From Oculina patagonica (Eukaryota): a stretch of 64,000 bases of DNA. The stretch is taken from contig NC_135762.1 of NCBI RefSeq assembly GCF_052425735.1, positions 10,540,001 through 10,604,000 of the forward strand, read 5' to 3'. The notes under the pieces are model-generated. The model was not told the DNA's origin and ran no database searches. It worked only from the letters and a program-made list of their open reading frames with translations. Every line of letters begins with the position of its first letter. Position 1 is the stretch's first letter. The translations under genes and the position numbers were made by a program. Positions 1-12,325 of this stretch are shown here, in pieces.

Positions 1-125
1 GAAATTTTACAATTTTACAGACTTATATACAAGTTTTCGGTGCATATATACCAATGACACCGTTACAATACACCTATGTACTATCTTATCTATTTACCAT
101 TATCTTACTCGTAAGAACTTATGAT

Positions 126-3100
126 TTAGCTATTATTACTTATATATAAATGCCATCTAGTCTGAAATTTGCTCTGCATATTATTTTTTACTGCTATATA
201 CTTCTCAGTTCTATATTTTACATTAACTAGTTCTTTAAATACATCAATATTTGGGATTTTTGAATGTTTCCGACTCAACCAGATATGCAATTTTGCTAGA
301 ATTAAAAAATAATTCAACAAATCACTTTTTTCTATTTTCCCAATGAACACGTCTTTTAGCGTAAGTTCCTCCTGTTGGCCTGTTAATACAAACCAGAAAT
401 TTTTAAAGTGTTCCCAAAAGAGATGTGTCAAAGAGCAGTGGTAGAATAAATGATAAACTGTTTCTGACTCATTTTTACAAAATGTACAAGTATCATTTGG
501 AACATAACCGATTTTTGCTAACCGCGTATTAGTGAATGTAATATCATTTAACAGTTTAAATTGAAAACTTCTAACAAAGGTTTCCGATAAAATAGACTTT
601 AAATTAAGAAAAGCCTTTGACACAGTTGTATCATCTAATCCAAAATCTTCTTTAAGTTTATTAAAACCCCTCGATACCGTTGCCCTTTTTGAGAGTAGCA
701 GTTCATAGAATTGCTTACTTTTACAAGTTACTGGGTCAAGTAGCTTTTCATTAAAATGAAATGTTAGTGAATCTATTTCACTTTCATTTCCATCTAAGGC
801 TTTTAAGTGGGTGGGAATTGCACATCGAATCCCTGACCACGTTAAAAAATTTGTGTGTCTCAACCCTTCATTTTTTGCCCTATTATATGATTCCACGTTA
901 TCCTTATTAAATTGCATCTGATTGGTTAGAATGATTCCAGCTTTAACGTAATTGTCAAAATATATACTCTTACCATCTATTTTAATTAGCTTATTGTTCC
1001 AGATTATACGTTCAGATATAAGAGGCCTGGTAGAGGAATCATTTCTAAAGTCAGCCCACCATTGGAGAAACTCGCTATAGAAAGGGCATTGAAAGTTGTA
1101 ATCGTTAACATCATAATTACATCTCAATAGAAAAGTGCCACCGTAACTGTCAAGCATTTGATTAATATAAGCTTTCCATGGTGCAGAGCCCTCAGAAAAT
1201 ATTCTACCAAGCCAGGCTAATCTTAAAGATTTAATTGAAGTTTCTACATCTATCAGCCTTAGCCCTCCAAATTTAATGTCATTAATTGTTGCTGCTCGTG
1301 CTATTTTGTCAGGCCCATTCCATAGGAAGTTATATATAATAGTGTTAATCTGCTTGATGAAATCTTGTGGAGTTGGGAGAACTGAGAATACATATATCAT
1401 CTTCGAAAGCAAAAAGGATTTAATTATTGTAACTTTTCCAAGCAGTGAGAGACCTCTGCAACGCCACAACCGCGTGTGCAACTTAATATCTTTTAGCTTT
1501 TCATAAAAGTTTTTCTGCAATTGTTCAGTTTCGTTATATGTAAAAACTATTCCAAGTGCCTTCACTGTATTTACCCATTTAAGTCCCAAAGGTGCCGCTG
1601 TATTATTTCGACAAGAGCCAATCCACATAGCTTCAGTTTTGGTATAATTGACCTTTAAACCCGAACAAGTTTCAAATTGATCTAGCAAATGAAAGGTACG
1701 TTGTACACAATCAAGATTTGGCACAAACACAGTGAGGTCGTCAGCATATTGTACAAATTTAAATTCCTCTTGCCCTATTTTAAGTCCTTGAATTTCTGTT
1801 TTACTTCGAATCGCAGTAGCTAAAATTTCAGCTGCAATAATAAAGAGATATCGTGATAATGGGTCGCCCTGCCTGACTCCTCTCTGTACATCGAAGTAAG
1901 ATGTGCACATCCCATTATTTATCACACAGCTAGATATATTTTTATAAAATGTTTCTACCCATCCTTTAAAACTAGGTCCAAAACCAAACACGTCTAAGCA
2001 CTTTAACATGAATTCCCAATCGATGCTATCAAATGCCTTTTCGAAGTCAATAAAAAGTAATATACCTGGTATATTTTGCTTCTTTGTATAGTCCATAATA
2101 TCTATAATTGATCTTGCTGCTTCGCCAATGAACCTACCCTTTACATAACCGGTCTGATTACAGTGAATTATTTCCGGTAGGACTTTAATAACTCTAGCTG
2201 CAATTACTTTAGATGCAATTTTCGCGTCTACATTAGTCAATGATATTGGTCTCCAGTTTTCAAGATAGTTTCTTTCTTTTCCTTTCTTTTCAATAAGTGT
2301 TATAACAGCTTGTTTCTGTGAGTGAGACATTTCCTTTTTGTAAAAAGCCTCATTAAATGAATCAACCATAAATTTGCCTAATAAAGGCCAGAATGCTTTA
2401 TAAAATTCTATTGGAATTCCATCGTTTCCGGGCGTTTTACCCGTGTGAAAAGAGCCTAATATATTTTCGCATTCCTGAAGAGTTATTTCTCCCTCACAAT
2501 TTGTGCTTAATTCCTCGGAGAGTCTTTTTAAATTTGGATTTTGAAAGAAGAAATTAGCTTCATCACCGTTTAGATTAACTTTTTGTTTACTATAGAGCTT
2601 TCTATAAAAGCATTTTTCAGCGTTGAGTATTTCGAAAGGATCAGTTGAGATGGACCCACTGACAAACAGTTTACGTATATGCTTCTTAATATTATTACGC
2701 TTTTCTAAATTTAAAAAATATTTAGTATTTTTCTCACCATGTTCGTGCCACCTTGCTCTGGAGCGAATGATAATTCCCTCTACTTTTTCGTCATATAATG
2801 CTTCTAACTCACTTTTAAGTTTTTCAGTTTCTAGTCTAGTTGTTTCGCAAGGGTTTTCCTGAAATTTTCTTAGCATGTCTTGATGCCTGGCGTTAAGTTC
2901 TTCCTCCCTTCTCTGTCGATCTTTTGACAGCTGCTTTGAATAAATAATTGAGCTAGTTTTGATTTTAAATTTAAGCCAGTCCCATTTTGCTCGCTTGTCT
3001 GACAGATCTCTTGCATCTTCCAGCCAATTGGGTAATTCTTTACTTATCATCTCAACATAATCAGGCCTGGCCAGCAGGGAAGTGTTTAGTTTCCAGAAAC

Positions 3101-3875
3101 CTGGTCCCCGTTGACTATCTTTAATATCTTCTAGTTCTAATATTATGGACGAGTGGTCAGTTTTTATTGAAGCTTGAATATCAACATGCGTAACTAAGTC
3201 ATTTAACTTGTCTGAAATTAACCAGTAGTCAAGTCTGCAAAAGATGAAAGGGTGGCTTTTGCTCCATGTGAAGCTACAAGTGTTCGGATTTTTAATACGC
3301 CATATATCATGAAGACTAAATTCATTTTGAATGTTTTCTATTGAATTGATCACATGTTGGCGTGGAATTAGTATTCCACCCTTTTTGTCTAAGGTTGGAT
3401 TTAAAGGACAGTTGAAATCTCCGCCTATGATGATATTGTCATCACTGTCAGGATCCATTTCTCGCAATGTTGCCGACAGATTTTGATAAAATCGAACTGC
3501 CTCTGCATCTTTATTTGGACCATAAAGATTTACTAATAAATAATTTTTGTCTTTTATTCTCACCTTAAGTACTATCGACCTGCCATTGGACTTTAGAAAC
3601 TCATGTTGAATTACAATGTCCAGACCGCTCTTAATTAATACAGCAACACCTCTAGCGTTCGAGCTCCCGTGGGAGAAAATGATTTCAGAGCCCCATTCTT
3701 TTTTCCATTTACACTCATCATTTTCTGTTGAATGCGTTTCTTGAAGAAAGATAAGATCTGCTTTTTGTTTTCTACACCAGGTGAAAATAGCCCTACGTTT
3801 TCGAAAGTTGCTGAGGCCCCTCACATTAAGAGATAGCAGTTTCAGACTATCGGGTTTGATCTTAGAATTTGCCAT
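126..3875 (-). CDS. LINE ORF2: APE endonuclease + reverse transcriptase + C-terminal CCHC (zf-RVT)
   Basis: Endonuclease motifs SLNVRGL, LQETH, GDFN, RLDY, TDH; RT motifs TPGNDG, WRPISL, IDFEKAFD, QGDPLS, QYADD; C-terminal CTFC..HLFYHC; 1249 aa uninterrupted. Confidence 0.97.
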   Translation of the reverse strand: MANSKIKPDSLKLLSLNVRGLSNFRKRRAIFTWCRKQKADLIFLQETHSTENDECKWKKEWGSEIIFSHGSSNARGVAVLIKSGLDIVIQHEFLKSNGRSIVLKVRIKDKNYLLVNLYGPNKDAEAVRFYQNLSATLREMDPDSDDNIIIGGDFNCPLNPTLDKKGGILIPRQHVINSIENIQNEFSLHDIWRIKNPNTCSFTWSKSHPFIFCRLDYWLISDKLNDLVTHVDIQASIKTDHSSIILELEDIKDSQRGPGFWKLNTSLLARPDYVEMISKELPNWLEDARDLSDKRAKWDWLKFKIKTSSIIYSKQLSKDRQRREEELNARHQDMLRKFQENPCETTRLETEKLKSELEALYDEKVEGIIIRSRARWHEHGEKNTKYFLNLEKRNNIKKHIRKLFVSGSISTDPFEILNAEKCFYRKLYSKQKVNLNGDEANFFFQNPNLKRLSEELSTNCEGEITLQECENILGSFHTGKTPGNDGIPIEFYKAFWPLLGKFMVDSFNEAFYKKEMSHSQKQAVITLIEKKGKERNYLENWRPISLTNVDAKIASKVIAARVIKVLPEIIHCNQTGYVKGRFIGEAARSIIDIMDYTKKQNIPGILLFIDFEKAFDSIDWEFMLKCLDVFGFGPSFKGWVETFYKNISSCVINNGMCTSYFDVQRGVRQGDPLSRYLFIIAAEILATAIRSKTEIQGLKIGQEEFKFVQYADDLTVFVPNLDCVQRTFHLLDQFETCSGLKVNYTKTEAMWIGSCRNNTAAPLGLKWVNTVKALGIVFTYNETEQLQKNFYEKLKDIKLHTRLWRCRGLSLLGKVTIIKSFLLSKMIYVFSVLPTPQDFIKQINTIIYNFLWNGPDKIARAATINDIKFGGLRLIDVETSIKSLRLAWLGRIFSEGSAPWKAYINQMLDSYGGTFLLRCNYDVNDYNFQCPFYSEFLQWWADFRNDSSTRPLISERIIWNNKLIKIDGKSIYFDNYVKAGIILTNQMQFNKDNVESYNRAKNEGLRHTNFLTWSGIRCAIPTHLKALDGNESEIDSLTFHFNEKLLDPVTCKSKQFYELLLSKRATVSRGFNKLKEDFGLDDTTVSKAFLNLKSILSETFVRSFQFKLLNDITFTNTRLAKIGYVPNDTCTFCKNESETVYHLFYHCSLTHLFWEHFKNFWFVLTGQQEELTLKDVFIGKIEKSDLLNYFLILAKLHIWLSRKHSKIPNIDVFKELVNVKYRTEKYIAVKNNMQSKFQTRWHLYISNNS

Positions 3876-4216
3876 TTGTCATTTGCCTAGGAAATGTTTT
3901 TCCCCTGAGAGATGTCATTGTTGAAGTTTTCAAAAAATTAGCATGTCTGAGCAATTGATAAGTTCGCAATTGGCAAAATATGTGGACTTTTGCAGACACG
4001 AAACAAAAACAGTACAACAAACACACACACAAACAAGAAAACGAAAGCGTACTCACCGCAGCTCTGCCTGCCAGGTATCCGGTACACTTTCGCCGAGATC
4101 TCTAGCCAATTTCGCCGATAGTTTAAGTTAAGCTAAGTTAACTAAAGGTTAAAGAAATTTTGAATAAATAATTGTCATCACGGTCTTGTAATAGAGTAAT
4201 GTCTTGACAATGTCTT

Positions 4217-4993
4217 CTACACTTTCGGTAAATAGAATGACTTTAAGTTTCCTGCACTTTCTTCCTTGTACAAGATTTTGGCGGGAACACTCCAAGGTAT
4301 AAATGCGAACTGTACTCCAGGCTTTGCTTTGATGTTTGGAAGAAAGTCTTTCCTCAACTTCGATCGTTCGTCGCGTACAGTTTTCGAGACATCATCCGAT
4401 ATGAAAATTCCTGCTTCTTTATACTTGTTATCCTTTAACTTGCTTGCCGCTTGCTTGAGAAGAAATACCTTGTCGGTGTACCTGAGAAGGTACACGTGTA
4501 TTGGTCTTGGTTTCGGCGTGTCGTTCTCAGAAGGATTTCGTTTAATGCTGGTTCTGTGCGCCCTCATCACTTCAATTCTCCTTTCAAAATTCATGTGGTT
4601 TTGAAAGAGTTCAACCTCAATAAATTCTTCCATCGAGGTATAATCTTTCTCACTGCCTTCTTGAATGCCCCAGATGACCACGTTGTTTCTTTTGGAGCGG
4701 TTTTCTAGGTCGTCAATCTTCTCCTTCAGAACTTCAACCTCCGTCTTATCCGCTTTCAGCAGTAAATTAGACTTAGACTCCTGGATTTGCAGGTCTGTTT
4801 CCTGAAAGCTTTTTTTCAAGTCTTCCACGTCCTTGTTAATTGTGCTTTGCGCCTTCTCCAGCTTGTCAAGCTTGTTTAACATTTCGGTCTTCGCTGTAAT
4901 AAGCACGTCCATCTTTGCAAGAATGTCGTCCAGTTTGACAGAGTCGGCCGTCATTTCCAATTTTCGCGTTCTAGACCTTGTTTGTATACTCAT
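4217..4993 (-). CDS. LINE ORF1 (L1-type coiled coil + RRM + CTD)
   Basis: Heptad-rich N-terminus, DLENRSKRNNVVIWGIQE, RAHR, PRPI and ISDDVS motifs typical of L1 ORF1p; lies upstream of ORF2. Confidence 0.92.
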   Translation of the reverse strand: MSIQTRSRTRKLEMTADSVKLDDILAKMDVLITAKTEMLNKLDKLEKAQSTINKDVEDLKKSFQETDLQIQESKSNLLLKADKTEVEVLKEKIDDLENRSKRNNVVIWGIQEGSEKDYTSMEEFIEVELFQNHMNFERRIEVMRAHRTSIKRNPSENDTPKPRPIHVYLLRYTDKVFLLKQAASKLKDNKYKEAGIFISDDVSKTVRDERSKLRKDFLPNIKAKPGVQFAFIPWSVPAKILYKEESAGNLKSFYLPKV

Positions 4994-6431
4994 AAATAGA
5001 TTAATATCAAAAAAAGCTGCAACATCTGCGATTAATTGCGGGAAAATAACAAAAATGGCAGAGAGCTCGGAGGAAACGTCCTATCCACGTGGAGTCATGC
5101 GCACTCCAATCGATTTCCTACAATCGTTGTATTGATTAGTTTTCGTCCTTCATTACTTTATTGGCAGGTAAAGAATGTGTCGGACCTATAACCGGTACAA
5201 CAAAACATCTTTTATGGGTTAATTTAAGCGACGTTTTCAAAATTGACATGCTAGAAAAATGAAACATAGCTAATAGGCGACGAATGTTCTTCGCGTCATT
5301 TGCTTTTTTATAGTTTAAACCACTTTTACTCAAAATTTAGTTTTTACATTTGACAACAATAGTGAGTCGTTAAAACTACCATTTGTACAAATGTGCAAGT
5401 GTGAAAAATGAAGACCACATTAAACGACTTCCTCCCTACGGTTCCCAGGTGATAAACTTCTGCATATGAAAGAATCGTGACTTTGTTTTGGTTAAGTAAA
5501 CATTCAACCTGAAATTGACTTCTTATCTTAACAAAAGTCCGTTGTGTGGGTTCTGTTCAAGCTAATTACAAACGCCAAATGGAGCATCCCTTTGTGACAA
5601 TTGCCATAATGTGGCACTTGATAGCGACCAAAATTTAACCTTTTAAAGTCGATATTAAAAATGTCCATATAAACACAGCCAAACAATCTCTGTGAAAAAC
5701 TTCAGAAGACGGTCGCTTGAACAGTTGAGTCAGTTTGTGCAATTCCGCTTTTGGGAAAATAAGGTAAACCAAGCTAACGTTTACAATTAATGAGACAACG
5801 GCAGAGAAGGTTAGTTGGAATGAGAGTTGCTTCGATCACAGATGGTCAAAAACTAATCATACCTTCATTGTAATAACAATAGTTTTTTGACATCTCTTGA
5901 AAAACCTTTTTCTGTATCCTTTATTATCATTATCTTCTGACCATCGTTACAAACAACTCAGCTGTTTTGTTTCTCGCTCCGTTATCTTCAAGCGCGAAGT
6001 AAGTTTGTCTCACGTATTTTCATTACTGTCAGTTTTTGTCACGGTTTACGCCTTAATTAAAGTATTTTCCTTGATGACTAGACTAATATGAAATACAACA
6101 TCAACAATTTGACATTCTCAGCTGCACATTATGTGGCTACTTTTTCTGAAAATGCTACACTCCCAAGCTTTGTAATTTTGGACTTTCATTATCTCCATAC
6201 AGATACAAACTCGAAATGTTCTTTAGACCGCGTTCAGAGATTTCACCTTTGACTCTTTTATCGGCAGATTTGTTGCAATGCCAAATTTAATGTTAAAATT
6301 TATCTAGCGTTTTTCATCGAATAACAGCTTTGTTTTTCTTTACTGTCAGGCCCAAAATTTATTGAAGCAATCACTTCAGAAAAGCGTTTCACGAGACTTC
6401 TGTTGGCAGAAGGTAAACACCGCCAATCGCA

Positions 6432-7514
6432 ATGAACAATTCCACACACCCCAATAACGATGATTTCGCCTCTTGTCGGCACGCCGTTTCTATTTTCTTC
6501 ACGACGGCCATGGCTATTATCAGCTCAGCAGCTTTCATTGGAAACATTTTGGTAATTGTCGCAGTGTACAAAACGCCAGTTTTAAGAACAAGCACCAACT
6601 ACTACTATGTCAACATGGCGGTTTCAGATTTTCTCGTAAGTCTTTCCATATGGCCGTTGTACCTCAGCGACGAGATCATAACAAGCAGAGGAAGTTTAAT
6701 GCCTGGTCCCCTGGGACTTTTTGGGTGCAAAGTAGGGGCGTATTTGAGAATGGTATCGCAAGTGGTATCCATTCTAAGCCTGGTGTTGATCGCTGTTGAC
6801 AGATTCATCGCCACTGTATATCCCTTGAAGGCCAGGTTCATTACACGAAAAGTAAGAGCCGTTTTGCTGTTTGCGACGTGGTTGATACCAACAGCCTATT
6901 GTTTCCCCATGTTCCACTATTCCACAGTCGGTCAGAAAACATTCTGCACACTTGCCTGGAACTATTTGGCAAAAATGATCTACTACGTAACTGCAGCTGT
7001 GATATACAACTTTGCCCCTTTGATGGCAATAATCATTATTTATTCTCGCATTATGCAAGTTTTAAAAAAAAGAACAAGGCCAGATAACGCTGCAAGAGGA
7101 AATGACTTACAACGAAAAAGAACAGAGCAGAACCAAAACGTAATGAAGATATTCAAATCCATTGTTGCAACGTATTTTATTTGTCTGCTTCCTTTTGGAA
7201 TATATTACATTCTAGATAGCACTATAACTATCATAGACAAGTGCAAGCTTATTTTAGGTTTTTGTGATTACGTCTTTCCGTTTCTCAGCACAGCAATCAA
7301 CCCGATTATTTTATTTTCATGCAGTACCAATTTTCGTCATGCTTTTCAAAAGCTGTGTCCCTTTTTCCATGGTAAATGTCGCTCATGTTGTCATGTTTCA
7401 ATTAACCAAGAAAATGTTTCCATACCAGAACTAGTGAGTTACAAAAAGACAACAGGATACTATCAAAAGAACAAACGAACTTTTAACGACAGAAAACGTA
7501 AAATTAGACTGTGA
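6432..7514 (+). CDS. Class A (rhodopsin-like) orphan GPCR, paralog 1, single coding exon
   Basis: 7 hydrophobic segments; GN (TM1), NMAVSD (TM2), C-x-x-x..DRF (TM3), W in TM4, CLLP (TM6), NPII (TM7); N-terminal NNS sequon; splice acceptor at 6349. Confidence 0.93.
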   Translation: MNNSTHPNNDDFASCRHAVSIFFTTAMAIISSAAFIGNILVIVAVYKTPVLRTSTNYYYVNMAVSDFLVSLSIWPLYLSDEIITSRGSLMPGPLGLFGCKVGAYLRMVSQVVSILSLVLIAVDRFIATVYPLKARFITRKVRAVLLFATWLIPTAYCFPMFHYSTVGQKTFCTLAWNYLAKMIYYVTAAVIYNFAPLMAIIIIYSRIMQVLKKRTRPDNAARGNDLQRKRTEQNQNVMKIFKSIVATYFICLLPFGIYYILDSTITIIDKCKLILGFCDYVFPFLSTAINPIILFSCSTNFRHAFQKLCPFFHGKCRSCCHVSINQENVSIPELVSYKKTTGYYQKNKRTFNDRKRKIRL

Positions 7515-8344
7515 AAAATATATTCAAACTCACGCAGATAATATGTTTCCTTAAAATCAAATCGCTGCCTGAAAAAGTTCGGGAAATTCACAGCCCAAAC
7601 ATTTTTTTATCAAATTATCTGCTAAAGGTTTTAACAACCGTAAAAATTTTTAAAGCCTAAAGTGGTTAAGGAATCCAAACATGAATCTGGACAACAAAAC
7701 CGGTTTCGTCGATTATGCAACATATATTTTGCAGGTTTGGTTATATTTGAATATTTGAACAATTTCTACGTACGTAGGTAGATAAATTAGTTCCACCTAC
7801 TCACTCTAATACCAACATATGTTATTCTCACAAAGCAATTATCGATATTATACACGTCAAGATTTTTATATCTTTCCTTTTATTTTGGACCAGAACATGC
7901 GTGATAACCGTTCGAAGAGTGTCAAAGTCGCCACAAAGTACATTTCACTTTACACTAGATACCTTGTACCTGAATAGCTTTGTAGAGCTCTAAGCTCAAT
8001 AAAACACTGTTGCTGGGAATTTGACGCTTATTTGTTTCCCCTGTTTGAGTAGCATGCCTATAAACTAGCTTTGAGCTAAGTAAATAACCACTACAATTAT
8101 TCGTTTATATTTTGCATTTTTGATGCGGCGTTTCATAAACAGAAAAAAAAAATGATAATACGGGTGTGAAAAAACGATTTTCTGTTGGTTTGTCATTCAC
8201 TTCAGGATTGCCAAACATTAACAGTAAAATTTAGTTTCGATGTAGCAAAACTCAGCACAACCCATTGATTGCATGAGTGGCTCGCCAGCTACCTTCACAA
8301 AGCAACTCTGATAGCTGACTTGCGTGATCAACAGCCAGCAGTTA

Positions 8345-8810
8345 ATAGGGCAAAGAAGCTCGAAATTCCTGAAAAAGGTGCTCAAACGTTGCTCCAAAAT
8401 CCAAAAAGTTGCTCGAAAATTGCTCCAAAAGATCCCAAACGTTGCTTTTGCAGAAAAACATCTCCAGATCTATGCTAATTTCCCTTTGAAGGTAAGATCT
8501 CTAAGCAACATAAATATCTAAATAACATTTTTAGGCCAAAATCTGTTGAATTACAACAATCGTGAAGATACCGATGACGTCATGTTTGCTGACGAGTTTT
8601 CAATGCTGAATGATCCGAAAGTTGCAGCATCTTCTGAACTTTCGTAGAAATTTTTGTCAAATTTCGTTAATCTTTGGAGGTGTTTGAAAAATGCTCGGAA
8701 ACCTTCGTATGGCCTTCGAACAACACTCAGTCTTGAAATGAAAAATATTCGGAAATCTTCGGTCTTGAAAGTTGCAAAGTTGCCAAAAATTGCCGGGCAT
8801 CTTTGGGACA
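8345..8810 (+). mobile_element. Diverged copy of the hAT-like MITE family (AAAGTTGCTC subterminal repeats)
   Basis: Shares blocks with 19791-20399, e.g. tatgctaatttccctttga and atgacgtcatgtttgctgacgagtttt; termini degraded, boundaries approximate. Confidence 0.7.
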
Positions 8811-10525
8811 GCCCAAGCTGTTAAACGAATCTCGATTCGAAATACGTAATGAAGCCGTCTAATTGTATAGAATATTATAAAAGCTCATAAAGTACAGTTC
8901 CAGGGTAAGTTTTAAAGGTCAAGGAAGGGAAAACACTGTCAATCTGTTGGTCGAGTCTTTTTACAGCAGGAATATAATTAGCATTCAAAGGCAACTAGCA
9001 GGAAATAGAGCTAAATAGATTTGCATGGATATAAACAAATGATAAAACCTGCGGTTTGCAAAAAAACACGTTCATACTCTCTATGTTGTTGCAAATCCGT
9101 GAATTTCAAAAAAACTTCTTGTGTATTTCTTTTTGTAATTTAGACTGATCTTTCTCTGAATGAATAATTCGTCAATTATAATAACTTTTAATGCAATTAA
9201 AGTTGGCATCTTAGGAGACAGAAATGTTTCTTCCCATACCGTACTTCAGTGACTTCCTTAGTTATTTTAATGGGGGAAAAGGGTGAGAACCACAATTCCT
9301 AAACGTTTTTTTGTAATTGTGGGACGAACGTGCTCTTGAAAACGGTATCCGTGACTTAAGCCTTCCTGTTTGCGTTGCTATCTCTTGTTTAGAGTGGCAT
9401 CTATTTGTGTTTTGATTGTTTAGATTAAAAGAAACGTAAATGGAATAAAGATTATTTGCATAACGAGCGACATATAGTTTGGCAATTTATATAGTTCTAA
9501 TAATCCTAAAGATTTTAAACAAAGCATCTCCAAGTTTTAAGTTCCTGTTTGAGTTTACCTGCTTTTGTTAGCAAAGCACGGTAATTATTTATAGTTCTAT
9601 AGTTGAGATAATGTTATAAATGGAATATAAATTATTTGCACACAGAAAGCCAAATAAGCGGAAATAAAACTGTTTTTCTATATAAAGCAGACTCTTTGCA
9701 AGATGGACACCTCAAACTTATGAAAGAAAAAAGGAATTTCTTGGATTTTACTATGACGTCAACAAAATTTTAAAACCGAAACATCCGATTGTAAAAAGAA
9801 TTTCTTTTATTATATTTTCAAAAAATTATGGCATTTACCTTATCCGAAAAAATTATTAACTCCAGAAACGTGTTCTAAAATTAAAAAAAGCAGTTAAAAT
9901 TTTTTTTCTCGGTGATTAAAATGCGATATTTTAACCATCAAAAATGATTTCTTCTAACGAACCTTCAAAATAGTGTACTCAAAAAAGTCCAGTAATTTAC
10001 GGAAAACTCAGCTTTTCTTGATAATATGCACAATTTCTTTATTTCTATCTGTTCTATAGTTTCTACGATTTTTTCATAAAAGGGCAGTTTTTAGAGTTGT
10101 GTACTGTGGAAATAAAAACGAAATTGGAAAACTAAGTACACTCAGCAGTTCTTTGTTCTAGAAACAAGATGACAATTTCAAGTAAAGGGCAGGAAAGCTT
10201 ACATTTGCATATGTGAATTCTTATTTCACAGTTGGAATGCGAGATTGAAATCTTGTACAGTTTCGGGGGTTTTAAAACCTTTTTTTATTCTCCAACCCAC
10301 AACGAAATAAAATGGTGGTCACCCAAATTGTTTAGGTTTTTAGTCAGTTATTTTGGGTGACCAGCAACTGTATGTATTTTTAATTTATTTATTGTTTAAG
10401 TTGTTACTTGTAATTTACAGTTCAAATAAACCTTGTTGCTGTTGTTGTTGAAAGTATCGGACCAAGTGTCTCTACCAGTACAACGAGGATTTTGCTAACG
10501 ATTGTCCTCACTCGGGGTATTTGTC

Positions 10526-10562
10526 ATCGATCGATCGATCGATCGATCGATCGATCGATCGA
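10526..10562. repeat. (ATCG)n self-complementary tetranucleotide microsatellite
   Basis: About 9 tandem ATCG/GATC units read directly. Confidence 0.95.
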
Positions 10563-12159
10563 GAGAAGACTAAGGTCGAACGTTTCTATATACTGTAGTT
10601 AAATACGGACGAAACATAACCAAAAAAGGAATTAAAATTTAATTAGTACCCTTACTTCCTTGTCGAAAATTAACACACGACAAATTACCCCTGAAATGAC
10701 ATAACACCTTGATTAGGTGATGATTAGATATTGACCTTCAGCTGGATATTGTCAACACTTCCCTTTTACAACTGGAAACGTGACCATATGAACGAATTCA
10801 AATGAAAAACTAATTAATTTAGCATGACTTTCCTCATTGGCGGACAAATTAAATATTTATTTAAGCTAAGCTAAACTACGCACGACCCATTCCTATTTAA
10901 GAAACGGGAAAATTGTTTTTTCTTCTTAACCACCAACACTAGCCATCCCATAGCTGACAAGAAGATTCAAGGTAAGTTTTGTGTAGTCTAGTATTTTAAA
11001 CTGTAGATGTATATTTAGTAAAAGTTACGCTCAATCAAGCTTTTTTTCTGCACGACTGACTTGGTCTTCCATTGTCAGTATTGCTGTAAATCTGAACTAA
11101 AAGTCGCAAAGTAAACCCTGTTGGATCGCATAGTACATCCCGCTAGAGACACCCACTTTCGCTACGAGACGCACAAAGATCTGTCTCAAAGAAACTTTCA
11201 TTCAAGTTGAAAATGATATGCCGAAGCCCTTTCTTTGCGCAAAAATGGAGATGAAAAGAGAAATGGTGACGATATCCATAAGATCAGAAATTTTTTCCAC
11301 GGTTTTTCCAAATTGTAACATTTGCAAGATAATCCAAGCAGCATGTTCTTTTGTCGACATCAATTCGTTATAAACTTACAAACAACATTTCCTTTCTGTT
11401 ATCATTTGCTAAGCCTTTCAATTCCAAACAACGCGGATCGACATGTTATTTCCCGTTTACCATATTAATACATAAACCGGCAGGTAGACAGAGGGATTCA
11501 GTGAAATTAAAAACGATATATTTCCAACAGAAAAAAACGATTTTAAAATATTTCGAGCTAGGGACTTCAATAGTTTTTTTTTAAAACGCTTGAATTTTAT
11601 GCTATCCCAGTCGGGAAAATAAAGATCGGCAAATTTCAATCATAGCGGAGTTAGTTTAGCTGTTCCTTCATAGCATCATTCGTTTTGCTTCAATCGCAAA
11701 TAATTGATTTTTGTTGTTGACTGAACAGCTTTGAATTGATTCAAACATGTTGCCGCCAGAATTAGAATGAATACAGGAAGTGTTCTACTCAATAACAAGG
11801 AACTGAGTGTTGTACAAATTCATTGACATTCATTATATCGACACATATTGTTTCTTAATCAAATACTAAAGGCTGTGTTCTTTGCATAAGCAATAAAATT
11901 GACAGAGGTCACGTAGGCATGGATGAACAAATTTTCGTCCATAATTTAACAGGTAAAACTCACAAAAAGCTACAAACGATTTTATCATAATGTTATATAT
12001 CTTTTTCATTGTTTTTAAAACTACCTTTTTTTTAGAACAAATCCACAACCGACAAAAAAGTACAGGCAGTTGTAATACAAGTTTATCAAGTTTTGTTGGC
12101 GACTAAAATTAAGTCTGAATAGCCGAACCTGTAAATAAAAATAGGGGATCATCGTGCTT

Positions 12160-12325
12160 CATTTAACCATTCTCCGGGTGGAGAATTAGGCTGTAGGCTC
12201 TCTGCCTCCAGGCTGTCCTGTCTTCCGCAGCCGATGCAGCCTGCTGTCCATGTTCTTAAACCGTTCTATTTCAGCTCCCTTTCGACAGTCCTCCTCCAAG
12301 TCTCACGTGGCAGACCCCGTTTGAC
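12160..12325 (-). mobile_element. 3'-terminal fragment of an RTE-clade LINE
   Basis: Minus strand reads KRGLPRETWRRTVERELK*NGLRTW.., resembling the GRP..TW....E.E C-terminal motif of RTE ORFs; contains a stop codon. Confidence 0.7.

Larger units (their letters stand above)
1..5107 (-). mobile_element. L1/Tx1-clade non-LTR retrotransposon, apparently complete at the 5' end; 3' tail lies beyond the window start
   Basis: Two same-strand intact ORFs (ORF1 4217-4993, ORF2 126-3875) separated by a 341-nt spacer. Short 5' UTR probably starts at the GGAGTGCGCATGACTCC hairpin (5091-5107); the 5' boundary is inferred and no TSD can be checked. Confidence 0.92.

Noticed and set aside
10561-10590. Degenerate hammerhead after the (ATCG)n tract (GAAGAC-TAAG-GTC-GAACGTT)
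   Set aside because: CUGA core missing and GAAA incomplete.
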